This document shows positions 8,875 to 19,105 of a stretch of 64,000 bases of DNA, in pieces. The notes under the pieces are model-generated. The model saw nothing but the letters and a program-made list of their open reading frames with translations. It made no database searches and had not been told where the DNA came from. This DNA comes from Prevotella sp. Its GTDB lineage: Bacteria > Bacteroidota > Bacteroidia > Bacteroidales > Dysgonomonadaceae. Both the position numbers and the translations under genes were made by a program. The stretch lies in NCBI GenBank assembly GCA_031285625.1, contig JAITVV010000095.1:32001-96000 (forward strand), given 5' to 3'. Each line of letters starts with the position of its first letter. Positions within the stretch are counted from its first letter, which is position 1.

Positions 8875-11800
8875 ATGAAAAAAATATATTCATTGATAAG
8901 CCTCTTTTTGTTCATTTCGGTATTTGTATCGGCTCAGACACATATCAACCGCACAGCTAAAACAATTGTAGCTGATGTCTTAGCACAAATGCCCGCACAA
9001 AAAAGCGAATCATATAATAACCAACTTAAGGATTTGAGTTCTACCGGCGAAGAAGGAGTTTTACAACTTATAAAGATGATGAACACTCCGGGAAACGGAA
9101 GTAATTCCGAGGTAGAATATGCATTAAGCGGATTATCTCATTATGTATCTGCACAAGGACAAGAGGCATTAAGGCTGACTACATCAAATGCATACATCAA
9201 AGCACTTGATATGGTTACCGATCGCGAAATCAAAGCCTTTATTATCAGGCAGCTTGAAGTAATAGGTAAGGACGAAGCTGTAGCTAAACTCTCATCGTAT
9301 CTGGATAATGAATCTTTGAGTGGGCCGGCTGCACGTGCCCTATCGTTAATTAACACATCTGCATCGCAGAAAGCTTTGTTGAATGCTTTGAGCTCTGTAA
9401 CAGATGAAGAATCAAAACAAGATGTAATTCTCGCAGTTGCACGTTTAAAGATTACAGATTCAGAAAATATACTGAGAAGAATGCTTGGCAACAGTAATAT
9501 AAATATGCAAAAAACGGTTGTTTATGCATTAAGTCAGGTTGGGACTAAAGCATCATTGCAAGATCTGGCTGTAGCAGCGAAAAAAGATAATTTTACAATG
9601 CAGAAAGTAGGTGCTAACGAGGCTTATATTACATTGATAAAGCGTGTACTTGCTCAAGGCGATGTGAAGGAAGCCGAGAAAGCAGCGAATGACCTGATGA
9701 AGGAAGCTGAAAAAGCCGGACAAACACAGACCCGTGAAGCTGTATTGGAAATATTGATGGCTGCTAAACCTGTAACTGTTCCCAAATTGTTGCAAAAAGC
9801 ATTAAAGGATTCGAGTGATAAATATCGTTTTAGTGCATTATCATTTGCTTCTGATTATGCTGATAGCAATCTTTACAGTGAACTTATAAAATCCTTAAAG
9901 AAATATAAACCAGAGGCTCAGGCCGATATACTTAATTGGTTAAATCAGGAATGCGAAGATGTTCAGAAACGACAATCTATAGGTTCTTTAGGGACTAAAA
10001 CGATAATTGATCTGCTAATCTTTGGTAGCTCGGAAACTAAAACTGCTGCTGCAGAGATATTGTCTAAGACCGGTAGCCGTGAAGGTATTGTGGCCCTTGC
10101 GTCTCTACTGAATGATGCTGATGTAAAAACTGTAAGTATCGGAAAAGAAGCTCTGTCTACCACCAAAGGTGATATTTCTTCTGCCGTAGCCCCGGTGATA
10201 ACCACTGCAAATACAGCAGGAAAAGTTGCCGGTCTACAATTATTAGCCAGCCGTAAATCTTCTGCAAATATGAATGTGGTACTGGAGAACCTGTATGCGA
10301 GCTCTTCAGATGTAAGAACTGCAGCATATACTGCACTCAAGGATGTAGTAAGTGAGGGCAACCTGGAAGAATTATATTTCCTTTTGGAAGGTACTCATGC
10401 CGAATATGTAGCCCCTGTTCAGCAAGCAATAGTTTCGGCAATGAAATCATATTCGAAAGAAAAACAATTGGAAACAATTGTTGCAAGGATGGATAACGTA
10501 AGCCCTAATAAGCAATATTTGTACTATCCTATACTTTCTGCTACTGGCGAAAGTAAGGCCCTCGGTATGATTGTAGATAGATTTGCACAAGAAACTGGAA
10601 AAGGCAAGGATGCAGCTTTTCAGGCGTTGCTGGATTGGAAAGGCCTGGATGCAGCCGAGGAATTATATACAATATGCAAAGATGCCTCGGTTCCCACATA
10701 TTTTGACCGGGCTCTTGAAAGATATATTCAGTTGGTTTCAACGCCAAAACTGACAGGCGAGAATCGCCGTTTGCTACTAACCAAAGCTATGGAGATAGCT
10801 AAGATGAACGCTCAGAAGAATGCTATTTTAAGGCAATTAGGCAATACCGGAACCTACTTGGGTATGTTGTTGGCCGGACAGTATCTTGATGAAAAGCCTA
10901 TAGCTCAGGAAGCGGCCGGAGCTGTAATGAACATAGCATTGGCAAATAAGAACTATACGGGTAAGAATGTAGAAGAATTGCTAAACAAAGTAATTGATGT
11001 CCTCGATAATCCTGATGCTGAATATCAACGTCAGGCTATTCGTAAGCATCTTGCCGAAATACCAAAAGAAGAAGGCTTCGTTTCTATCTTTAATGGTAAA
11101 GATCTTACAGGCTGGAAAGGCATTGTTGAGAATCCGATAACCCGTGCTAAAATGAGACCAGCTATACTTGCTAAGAAGCAGGAAGCTGCTGATAAGATCG
11201 CACACAAACACTGGATTCCTGAAAATGGTATCCTCATGTTTGATGGTGTGGGAGGTGAAAATCTCTGTACAGAAAAGAAATATGGTGATTTTGAGATGTA
11301 CATAGACTGGAATCTTGATCCTGCAGGACCAGAAGCAGATGCAGGTATTTATCTGAGAGGAACTCCTCAGGTACAGATATGGGATATTTCGCGCGTAAAT
11401 GTGGGAGCACAGGTTGGTTCCGGCGGATTATACAATAATCAGAAGAACCCTAGCCAGCCACTCAAACTTGCCGATAATAAACTGGGAGAATGGAATACAT
11501 TCTATATAAAAATGGTAGGCGACCGTGTAACTGTGAAATTGAATGGTGAACTCGTTGTGGATAATGTTATTCTTGAAAACTTCTGGGATCGCAGCAAACC
11601 TATACCTGCATTAGAGCAACTGGAACTACAAGCTCATGGCAGCAAGGTGTATTATCGCAATATATATGTAAAAGAACTTGAAAGCTTCAAACCGTTTGAA
11701 CTATCTGCAGAAGAAAAGAAAGAAGGTTTCAAAGTGTTGTTTGACGGAACTAACATGCATGAATGGACAGGCAATACTGTTGATTATGTAATAGAAGATG

Positions 11801-12303
11801 GTTGTATCTCACTCGATCCTAAAGGTGGACATGGAGGGAACCTGTATACTAAAAGTGAGTTTGCCAACTTTGTATACCGTTTTGAGTTCCAACTGACACC
11901 TGCAGCGAATAATGGTATTGGAATCCGCGCACCAATGGAAGGTGATGCAGCTTATATGGGTATGGAAATTCAGGTGCTTGACCATGATCATCCGGCTTAT
12001 AAAGACATTACCCCATTGCAGGTACATGGATCTGTATACGGTATAATAGGTGCCAGAAGAGCAAAATTGAAACCTATTGGAGAATGGAATCAGGAAGAGA
12101 TTATAGCTAATGGCAATAATATCAAAGTTACTCTGAATGGTGAAGTCATACTTGATGGCAACATAAAAGAAGCTACTAAAAATGGTACGGCTGATGGTCA
12201 AGAACATCCGGGTTTATTTAATAAAAAAGGACATATCGGATTTTTAGGGCATGGATCTCCTGTCAAGTTTAAAAATATCAGGATCAAAGAACTGAAGAGA
12301 TAA
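8875..12303 (+). CDS. Secreted HEAT-repeat protein with two C-terminal DUF1080 (3-keto-glycoside hydrolase/hydratase-like) domains
   Basis: Signal peptide, long alpha-solenoid region, two (I/L)F(N/D)G....W ... GEWN ... H..(V)..(R/K)NI domains; start may be 8863. Confidence 0.88.
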   Translation: MKKIYSLISLFLFISVFVSAQTHINRTAKTIVADVLAQMPAQKSESYNNQLKDLSSTGEEGVLQLIKMMNTPGNGSNSEVEYALSGLSHYVSAQGQEALRLTTSNAYIKALDMVTDREIKAFIIRQLEVIGKDEAVAKLSSYLDNESLSGPAARALSLINTSASQKALLNALSSVTDEESKQDVILAVARLKITDSENILRRMLGNSNINMQKTVVYALSQVGTKASLQDLAVAAKKDNFTMQKVGANEAYITLIKRVLAQGDVKEAEKAANDLMKEAEKAGQTQTREAVLEILMAAKPVTVPKLLQKALKDSSDKYRFSALSFASDYADSNLYSELIKSLKKYKPEAQADILNWLNQECEDVQKRQSIGSLGTKTIIDLLIFGSSETKTAAAEILSKTGSREGIVALASLLNDADVKTVSIGKEALSTTKGDISSAVAPVITTANTAGKVAGLQLLASRKSSANMNVVLENLYASSSDVRTAAYTALKDVVSEGNLEELYFLLEGTHAEYVAPVQQAIVSAMKSYSKEKQLETIVARMDNVSPNKQYLYYPILSATGESKALGMIVDRFAQETGKGKDAAFQALLDWKGLDAAEELYTICKDASVPTYFDRALERYIQLVSTPKLTGENRRLLLTKAMEIAKMNAQKNAILRQLGNTGTYLGMLLAGQYLDEKPIAQEAAGAVMNIALANKNYTGKNVEELLNKVIDVLDNPDAEYQRQAIRKHLAEIPKEEGFVSIFNGKDLTGWKGIVENPITRAKMRPAILAKKQEAADKIAHKHWIPENGILMFDGVGGENLCTEKKYGDFEMYIDWNLDPAGPEADAGIYLRGTPQVQIWDISRVNVGAQVGSGGLYNNQKNPSQPLKLADNKLGEWNTFYIKMVGDRVTVKLNGELVVDNVILENFWDRSKPIPALEQLELQAHGSKVYYRNIYVKELESFKPFELSAEEKKEGFKVLFDGTNMHEWTGNTVDYVIEDGCISLDPKGGHGGNLYTKSEFANFVYRFEFQLTPAANNGIGIRAPMEGDAAYMGMEIQVLDHDHPAYKDITPLQVHGSVYGIIGARRAKLKPIGEWNQEEIIANGNNIKVTLNGEVILDGNIKEATKNGTADGQEHPGLFNKKGHIGFLGHGSPVKFKNIRIKELKR

Positions 12304-12320
12304 TCAAATACTATATATGG

Positions 12321-12353
12321 AAAGGCCGTAAAAGTAATTTTTACGGCCTTTTT
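12321..12353 (+). terminator. Intrinsic terminator
   Basis: AAAGGCCGTAAAA-loop-TTTTACGGCCTTT followed by T run. Confidence 0.85.
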
Positions 12354-12462
12354 GTTTTATCAGCAAGACAGAACATGTATATTTATAAAATGGAACGATA
12401 TTTGTAATATTAGACTTTAATGGTAAAATTTGGATAGTAGCAAAATAAATGAAAATCAAAGA

Positions 12463-14811
12463 ATGAGGAGCCCTCTCTGTTTTATTGTTTTCATACTGTT
12501 ATTTCATACAAATATTGTATTATCTCAGACCTTGAGAGGTATCGTATATGATACTTCTGAAGCCCCTGTATCCGGTGCATCCGTTTTTATTAAAGAGTTA
12601 AATTTGGGTCTGATAACAAATAATGAGGGAAAGTTTCAGGTAAACCTTGAAAAAGGACAATATTCTCTTATTTGTAAATCTATTGGCTATAATGAGGCAC
12701 ATCATGTACAAATTGTGCAAGATGGAGATATTTCTGCAAAAATTATACTCACTCCAAATGAGGTCTTCGAATATAGCAGAGTACTAAAGAAAGATACTAT
12801 TGCAGAAAAGATCATAAGAAAGGCTATCAGAACAAGACCTGAATATAAATATTATAAGGCAAGTTCGTATATTAAAGGCGACCTCGTCATGACCCAGATC
12901 TCCCAATTAACCAATAAGCTGGTTGAGAAGATAGAAAAGATCAATATACTTGATTGGCAGAATAAGCCGATACATCAGGAAATATATAGTGATGTAGAAT
13001 TTCAGGCTCCCAATATATATAATATACAAGTAACAGGATATTCCGGAAATATATCCGATGAATTGAATCAGAGAGCGGCAGTCGGCCTTTTGGATGAATC
13101 ATTATACTCAGAAAGGTACAACAACTGTATATCTCCTCTCAATCCGAGAGCATTTTCATATTACAGATATTACTGCACCGATACTTATATACATAATAAT
13201 CAGAAATGCTATATAGTAAAGGTAAAATCGAAGAAAAATGATCCGGAGTTATTAAATGGTGAATTACATATTATGGAAGATGGCAATGTTAACTACTCCC
13301 GTTTGACCAGAAGCCTGCAAGGAGTTGATTTTACGACTACCACTACTTATTACAATATCGATGATGAATATAATATTCCTATTACACACCGGATAAATTT
13401 ACATATGCATGCCTTTGGCAACAGTGGTAAAGTAACTTATCTGACCTCGCTAAAATATAAATCTATAGGAAAGAATGTAATTCCGAAAGATGTACTGGAA
13501 GAGAAAGGTATAAAATATAATATAACTGCAGTTGAAGATTCTATTTTTTGGAACGAGGTAAGAACTCTCCCTGCAAGTCCTCCTGATACGATTAAATTTG
13601 AGCACTTCAATATAAAGAAATATAATTCAAAGCCATGGTTTGGCAAAATCCTGATGGGTGACTATATATATGGTGGCGACTCAAGTAAATGGTCTGTTGG
13701 ATATGGTGGGGTGAAAATGATATTCAGAGACTATAACTATGTAGATGGCTTCTGGCTAGGACAACGATTTTATATCAAATCGAAACTTGATTACGGGAAA
13801 ACATTAGAGATAAGTCCTTTCTTATATTATACTACCGCAAGGCATCGGATGATAGGTGGCAGTGACCTGACATATAATTACCTGCCGGCAAAGGATGGAA
13901 AATTGACATTTGCCGTTGGCTCACATACAGCTGATTTCAATAATCTGAGCATTACCCGGTATAATAACTATTTTAGCTCCCTGTTCTTAGGTAAAAACTA
14001 TAATTCTTTTTATCAGAGAGATTATGTAACAGTTAGCAATAATATAGATCTCACAAAAAGACTAAAGTTGTCGGCTAGCCTGGGAGTAGAAAGGCGCGCA
14101 GGGCTTAACAACAATACTGATTTTACACTTGTCAAGGTGAAGAGGCATAGGATCATTCCCAATATATATCCGGATAAACGTTTTGACAGAACATTTTATT
14201 CCATGGGACTATCATTTTCGCCATACGCTAATTACACAATAGAAAACAATGAGCCTCCCCTTGTTTTCCATCTCGAATTTGAACAAGGCTTTTCAGCATG
14301 GCAAACAAATAATTCGAGGTATAAAAAACTAAAAGGAGGCGTAGTTCAGAATATACGATTAAATTATTTTGATAAAATAGATTATAAAATAGAGGGCGGT
14401 GCGTTTATAGGCTCAAGAAAAAATCTGCACTTTGCCGACTATCAGTTTTACGGATCACCCGACTTGGTATTTAATCTGGGCTCATTATTCGACTCTTTCC
14501 TGTTGCTTGATAATTATGAGCTGCAAGCAAATCATTACTGGATCAATTTATCACTTAATTATTCCGGAAAGTATGTTTTGCTTAAGCGCCTTCCATTTCT
14601 GCAGGGTAAGCCTTTTTTTGAGGGACTGCATTTCAAAACACTGTACACTCCGGATATAAAGTTTTATTCAGAAGTCGGATATTCTTTAAATATCACAAGA
14701 TTATTCGGTATAGGAGTATTTTCTTCATTTAATAATTTTGATTATAAAAATGCAGGCGTGAGGTTCTCTCTGAATCTTCAATCTCTGAAGATATTAAAAG
14801 AACAGGACTAA
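12463..14811 (+). CDS. Outer-membrane protein, carboxypeptidase-regulatory-like domain plus DUF5686-like region
   Basis: N-terminal G.V.D...PVSGASVFI...TNNEGKF...IGY, ISPL...AFSYYRY, YNYVDGFWLG. Confidence 0.75.
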   Translation: MRSPLCFIVFILLFHTNIVLSQTLRGIVYDTSEAPVSGASVFIKELNLGLITNNEGKFQVNLEKGQYSLICKSIGYNEAHHVQIVQDGDISAKIILTPNEVFEYSRVLKKDTIAEKIIRKAIRTRPEYKYYKASSYIKGDLVMTQISQLTNKLVEKIEKINILDWQNKPIHQEIYSDVEFQAPNIYNIQVTGYSGNISDELNQRAAVGLLDESLYSERYNNCISPLNPRAFSYYRYYCTDTYIHNNQKCYIVKVKSKKNDPELLNGELHIMEDGNVNYSRLTRSLQGVDFTTTTTYYNIDDEYNIPITHRINLHMHAFGNSGKVTYLTSLKYKSIGKNVIPKDVLEEKGIKYNITAVEDSIFWNEVRTLPASPPDTIKFEHFNIKKYNSKPWFGKILMGDYIYGGDSSKWSVGYGGVKMIFRDYNYVDGFWLGQRFYIKSKLDYGKTLEISPFLYYTTARHRMIGGSDLTYNYLPAKDGKLTFAVGSHTADFNNLSITRYNNYFSSLFLGKNYNSFYQRDYVTVSNNIDLTKRLKLSASLGVERRAGLNNNTDFTLVKVKRHRIIPNIYPDKRFDRTFYSMGLSFSPYANYTIENNEPPLVFHLEFEQGFSAWQTNNSRYKKLKGGVVQNIRLNYFDKIDYKIEGGAFIGSRKNLHFADYQFYGSPDLVFNLGSLFDSFLLLDNYELQANHYWINLSLNYSGKYVLLKRLPFLQGKPFFEGLHFKTLYTPDIKFYSEVGYSLNITRLFGIGVFSSFNNFDYKNAGVRFSLNLQSLKILKEQD

Positions 14812-14886
14812 ACTGGTTAATTAATTTCTTCGTTTCCTTTCAGATATTGATTATATTTGTCAACAACACAAATTATATTTTAGCAG

Positions 14887-15363
14887 ATGAGTAAATACGA
14901 CGATGCAATCAAAATTATGGAAGAACGTTGTGGAAATGGCAAAGAAGAAGTTATTGCCCTTGCTACAATATCACTTTCCCCGAACGCTAATGGTAATCCC
15001 CGCCCCGCAGTCCGCATGGTATGCGCTTATTATGAAGAAGGTGTATTCTATGTTTCAACAGATGCAAAAAAGAATAAAACATTGCAAATTGAGAAAAACA
15101 ATGAAGTTTCCGTATGTGGCTTCGAATGGTATGCTTTTCATGGTACTGCTGAAAATCTAGGCTGGGTTAAGAACGAAAAAAATGCAGAAATCAGGGCGAA
15201 ATTTAAAAAAGTATTTAATTGGTTCGAGGAAGTTGGTGATGAAGATAATCCCGACTCTATCGTTCTACGCATTACCCTTACTGAAGGCACAATTATTGAT
15301 AACGAAAGGAAATACGGTGAACAGCAGTATGAAATTGATTTTGTTAATAAAACAGTGAAATGA
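14887..15363 (+). CDS. Pyridoxamine 5'-phosphate oxidase-like FMN-binding protein
   Basis: ALATI...RPAVRMV...FYVST...KTLQIEKNNEVS. Confidence 0.8.
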   Translation: MSKYDDAIKIMEERCGNGKEEVIALATISLSPNANGNPRPAVRMVCAYYEEGVFYVSTDAKKNKTLQIEKNNEVSVCGFEWYAFHGTAENLGWVKNEKNAEIRAKFKKVFNWFEEVGDEDNPDSIVLRITLTEGTIIDNERKYGEQQYEIDFVNKTVK

Positions 15364-15408
15364 TTCTATCCGGCAGTTATTACTTACACTATATACTTAG
15401 TAAAAGTA

Positions 15409-15441
15409 AAAAAGAGAGTTACATAATGTAACTCTCTTTTT
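15409..15441. terminator. Bidirectional terminator after tRNA pair
   Basis: AAAAAGAGAGTTACA-TAA-TGTAACTCTCTTTTT perfect hairpin. Confidence 0.85.
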
Positions 15442-15442
15442 G

Positions 15443-15516
15443 CTCTTCCTCTTGGACTTGAACCAAGGACCCTCTGATTAACAGTCAGATGCTCTAACCG
15501 ACTGAGCTAAGGAAGA
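15443..15516 (-). tRNA. tRNA-Asn(GTT)
   Basis: TCTTCCTTAGCTCAGTCGGTTAGAGCATCTGACT-GTT-AATCAGAGGGTCCTTGGTTCAAGTCCAAGAGGAAGAG; cloverleaf, CCA not encoded. Confidence 0.97.
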
Positions 15517-15549
15517 ATTTACTTTCAAGAGAATTACTTTTTTATTTTG

Positions 15550-15623
15550 CTCTTCCTCTTGGACTTGAACCAAGGACCCTCTGATTAACAGTCAGATGCT
15601 CTAACCGACTGAGCTAAGGAAGA
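15550..15623 (-). tRNA. tRNA-Asn(GTT), identical tandem copy
   Basis: Identical to 15443-15516; TATTTTTG -7 promoter box upstream at ~15647-15654. Confidence 0.97.
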
Positions 15624-15705
15624 GTATTTTTCTCTCAAAAGTGACGCAAAAATAGGCCTTATTTCTGAATTATGCAATATCTTTGCACAAAAAAATAAAA
15701 TAAGA

Positions 15706-16686
15706 ATGACAAAAGTATTGGGAATGGGTAATGCCCTGGTAGACGTATTAGCCATCATAGAAGATGATAAAATGCTCGAACTGCTTGAACTTCCGAAAGG
15801 TAGCATGCAATTGATCGATAATAAAAAGTTTGAGACCTTAACTAAGGAATTAAATAAATTAAATAAGAGCATTGTATCGGGAGGTTCTGCAGCAAATACA
15901 ATTATCGGTTTAACCCGCTTAGGCATTGATGCCGGTTTTATCGGTCGTATTGGAAAAGACTCTTTTGGAGAGTATTTCAAAAACGATCTGGAAAAGTATC
16001 ATGTGAAATCACATCTTACAGAAGTCGATGAGATTTCGGGAGTTGCATCCACCTTTATATCCAAAGATGGAGAACGTACTTTTGGTACATTTCTGGGAGC
16101 AGCGGCACTATTGCGTGCAGAAGAACTGCATAAAGAGGATTTCCTTGGCTACAGCTACTTTTATATAGAAGGCTATCTTGTGCAAAGTCATGCCCTTATC
16201 AGAAGGGCGATAGAACTGGCCAAAGAGGCCGGAGCCAAAGTGATATTAGATTTAGCCAGTTATAATGTAGTAGTAGAAAATAAAGACTTCCTGCTGGATA
16301 TTATTCCTCAGTATGCGGACATTGTCTTTGCTAATGAAGAGGAGGCTAAATCTTTGCTTGATACAGATGCTGAAAAAGCGGTGTCCAAGCTAGCCAAGCA
16401 AACGGAGATTGCGGTAGTAAAGGTTGGCGAAAAAGGATCATGGATACAGCGAGGTAACGAGAAAGAATTTGTCCCTGCCTATAAAGTTGATTGTGTAGAT
16501 TCTACAGGTGCCGGAGACTTATATGCTGCCGGATTTATCTATGGTTTAATCAATAACTGTCCTTTATCGGTAAGTGGTCAGATAGGGACACTGTTAGCTG
16601 CTCATGTCATCCAAAGGATAGGAGCTAAAGTTGATGATAATAATTGGGAGCAAATCGCTCAAGAGGTAAGGAAAATAAGAAAATAA
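15706..16686 (+). CDS. PfkB family (adenosine kinase-like) kinase
   Basis: GMGNALVD, GGSAANT, DSTGAGD motifs. Confidence 0.9.
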   Translation: MTKVLGMGNALVDVLAIIEDDKMLELLELPKGSMQLIDNKKFETLTKELNKLNKSIVSGGSAANTIIGLTRLGIDAGFIGRIGKDSFGEYFKNDLEKYHVKSHLTEVDEISGVASTFISKDGERTFGTFLGAAALLRAEELHKEDFLGYSYFYIEGYLVQSHALIRRAIELAKEAGAKVILDLASYNVVVENKDFLLDIIPQYADIVFANEEEAKSLLDTDAEKAVSKLAKQTEIAVVKVGEKGSWIQRGNEKEFVPAYKVDCVDSTGAGDLYAAGFIYGLINNCPLSVSGQIGTLLAAHVIQRIGAKVDDNNWEQIAQEVRKIRK

Positions 16687-16749
16687 AGTATAAAATAATA
16701 AAGAACCTTATCCGGGTGAATAAGGTCCTTTTTATATATTAGAAACAGA

Positions 16750-17859
16750 TCATTTTAATAATTCTGCTACTTTTTCAGAAGCTTCTTCTGCGTCTAATCC
16801 TCTGGCTATGATTTTACCGTCCTTATCTAATAACATAAGGTGAGGTATAGAAGATATCCCATAGGTTGTAGCACCTTCACTATCCCAGAATTTAAGATCA
16901 GAAACCTGCGGCCATGTGATGTTCAGATTTTTGATACCATTTTTCCAGTCATCATTAGTCCTGTCAAGAGAGATTCCCACAATTTCGAAGTCTTTGTCTT
17001 TATAAGCTTTGTAAAGCTCTACAAGCTTAGGCATTTCTGCACGGCATGGAGGACACCACGATGCCCAGAAATCAACCAATACATATTTACCTTTGCCTGC
17101 GTAATCTGACAGTGAGGCATCCTTTCCTTCCGGGGTCTTTCCTTTTACATCGGAAAAAGTTTGTCCTACAGCAGTAGCTTCTAAAGCTGGAACAAGAGTC
17201 TCAACTTTTTTCACTCTGGCAATCGATTTATATTCGTCTTTTATTGCAGGTACAAGCTCTTTCAGCTGATCCAAAGAGAATCTATAGTAGTTTCTTGTCA
17301 GGTAATACACACCCATCTGATTTTGTATATTCTCTTTTACAAAGTTGAATGTTTCTCTGTTTGATTGATCATTCTTTTCTTTATATTGCTTTTTCAAATC
17401 AGCTTGCAATTGTACATTAGCCGTATCTTTTTTTGCTTTTTCAGCAATGGCTTTTATCTCGCTGTTTATAGCATTCACCTTAGTCATATATGCCTGATAG
17501 CTGTTGTTAGAGGAAGTTCCTTTAACACTAGATACGCTATCCAAGGTCATTTCTATCTGCCCGGGTTCTACTACTACAGGTACAGGCCTGTTCATATAAT
17601 CAGGAGCATCATCCAACGATACAAAATGCAGAATAGAGCCTTCTTTTGCCAGACCCTTAAATACAAATTCCCCGTCCACCACATTCACTGTGTCGATGGT
17701 TACCATATCTTTCCAATTCTCATCTAATGTTTTCAGATAAACTTGTTGCCCGTCATAAGTTCCGTTTGGAAGCTTCCCTTTGATTGTAAATGCATCCTTT
17801 TCGCCACATGATGTAGCAAAAATTGCTATAGCAGCCAGAAATAATATAATTTTTTTCAT
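16750..17859 (-). CDS. TlpA/AhpC-TSA thioredoxin-like lipoprotein (DUF4369 N-terminus)
   Basis: Lipobox ATSC, DFWASWCPPC. Confidence 0.9.
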   Translation of the reverse strand: MKKIILFLAAIAIFATSCGEKDAFTIKGKLPNGTYDGQQVYLKTLDENWKDMVTIDTVNVVDGEFVFKGLAKEGSILHFVSLDDAPDYMNRPVPVVVEPGQIEMTLDSVSSVKGTSSNNSYQAYMTKVNAINSEIKAIAEKAKKDTANVQLQADLKKQYKEKNDQSNRETFNFVKENIQNQMGVYYLTRNYYRFSLDQLKELVPAIKDEYKSIARVKKVETLVPALEATAVGQTFSDVKGKTPEGKDASLSDYAGKGKYVLVDFWASWCPPCRAEMPKLVELYKAYKDKDFEIVGISLDRTNDDWKNGIKNLNITWPQVSDLKFWDSEGATTYGISSIPHLMLLDKDGKIIARGLDAEEASEKVAELLK

Positions 17860-17960
17860 TCTAAGTAAAATATTGTAGTTAATATATTAAAGTATAATTT
17901 CAAAATGTTTCACTCTAGGAATTAAAACAAATATGATACTCTATTGTTTATCTACTTCAA

Positions 17961-19046
17961 TTATTTCAATATCTCATCAATCTTATCATCAAGCGCTTTT
18001 CCTCTCAGGTTTTTCGCTACAACGATACCATTCTGGTCTATTAAAACAGTGTGAGGAATAGAAGCTACTTCATATAGCTGAGAAGCCATTGTACTGGCAT
18101 CAGCGAGTTGTACCCAGCTCATTTTGTATGTTTTTACAGCATTTAGCCATTTCGATTTGTCATCGTCTACAGATATACCGACAATCTCTAGTCCTTTAGA
18201 TTTATATTGATTGTAAGTTTTTATAAGATTAGGCATTTCCTGTATGCATGGCTGACACCATGAGGCCCAGAAATCTATTAATACGAGTTTATTCTTACCT
18301 ACATAATCCGATAAAGATACTGGCATTCCTTCCTGATTTACCAACTGGACATCACTGAACGGATTGCCGACCTCTGGTCTTACTCTATCCAGTTGTTTTA
18401 GCAGTTCTTGTATTTCTGGCCTGCTACGGAAAGTGCTATCGCTAGCAGAAATAAGCTCTTTAAGCTGTTCTTTTGTAAACGTTTTTGCAGAGGAATAGAA
18501 GAGGAATTCCCCGGCTTTGTTGTCTATATTTGCTTTAGAAAAATCGAATGTCGCTTTCTGCAATTCTTCCTGTAAATCATTTACTTTCTTACCCACTTCA
18601 GGATTGTTTGCATCCTGAGGATTGATCTTAGAGATCATATCGGTAAGTTTGTTCATTACAGCATGTATATTATTGAACTCATCATTTTTAGGCGTTCCGG
18701 CTAAAGTAATATTCGTCTTATCAAACGAAATTTTAATATTCCCTGCTTCAAGAATAAGGGTACCTACGGGAGTGTCCGGATCTGCAGCTTCAAACTTACC
18801 AACGGAAACAAAACCCATAACAGGGGCTTCTGTTACTCCTTTAAGATTGAATTTTCCATCTTTTATAGCGGCCGAGTCTATAACAGTTAAGGATTCGGAT
18901 TGTAAACTGTCCATCTTTTGAAGGTATACCATTTTACCATCATACGCATTATCTGCGAAGTTTCCCTCGATGGTATATGCACCTTTATCCTTGCATGAAG
19001 CAAATACTATTGCCAGGATAAATAAGAGTAATGTGATTTTTTTCAT
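17961..19046 (-). CDS. TlpA/AhpC-TSA thioredoxin-like lipoprotein, tandem paralog
   Basis: Lipobox FASC, DFWASWCQPC. Confidence 0.9.
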   Translation of the reverse strand: MKKITLLLFILAIVFASCKDKGAYTIEGNFADNAYDGKMVYLQKMDSLQSESLTVIDSAAIKDGKFNLKGVTEAPVMGFVSVGKFEAADPDTPVGTLILEAGNIKISFDKTNITLAGTPKNDEFNNIHAVMNKLTDMISKINPQDANNPEVGKKVNDLQEELQKATFDFSKANIDNKAGEFLFYSSAKTFTKEQLKELISASDSTFRSRPEIQELLKQLDRVRPEVGNPFSDVQLVNQEGMPVSLSDYVGKNKLVLIDFWASWCQPCIQEMPNLIKTYNQYKSKGLEIVGISVDDDKSKWLNAVKTYKMSWVQLADASTMASQLYEVASIPHTVLIDQNGIVVAKNLRGKALDDKIDEILK

Positions 19047-19105
19047 CAATAAAGTATTTAATAATATCGTGCAAAGATAAGTAAATACTTCATACTCTTA
19101 TGTGT

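Noticed and set aside
15585-15980. Short antisense or overlapping ORFs in the ORF track (this one and many similar)
   Set aside because: They overlap tRNAs or well-supported genes on the other strand or frame and show no recognisable motifs
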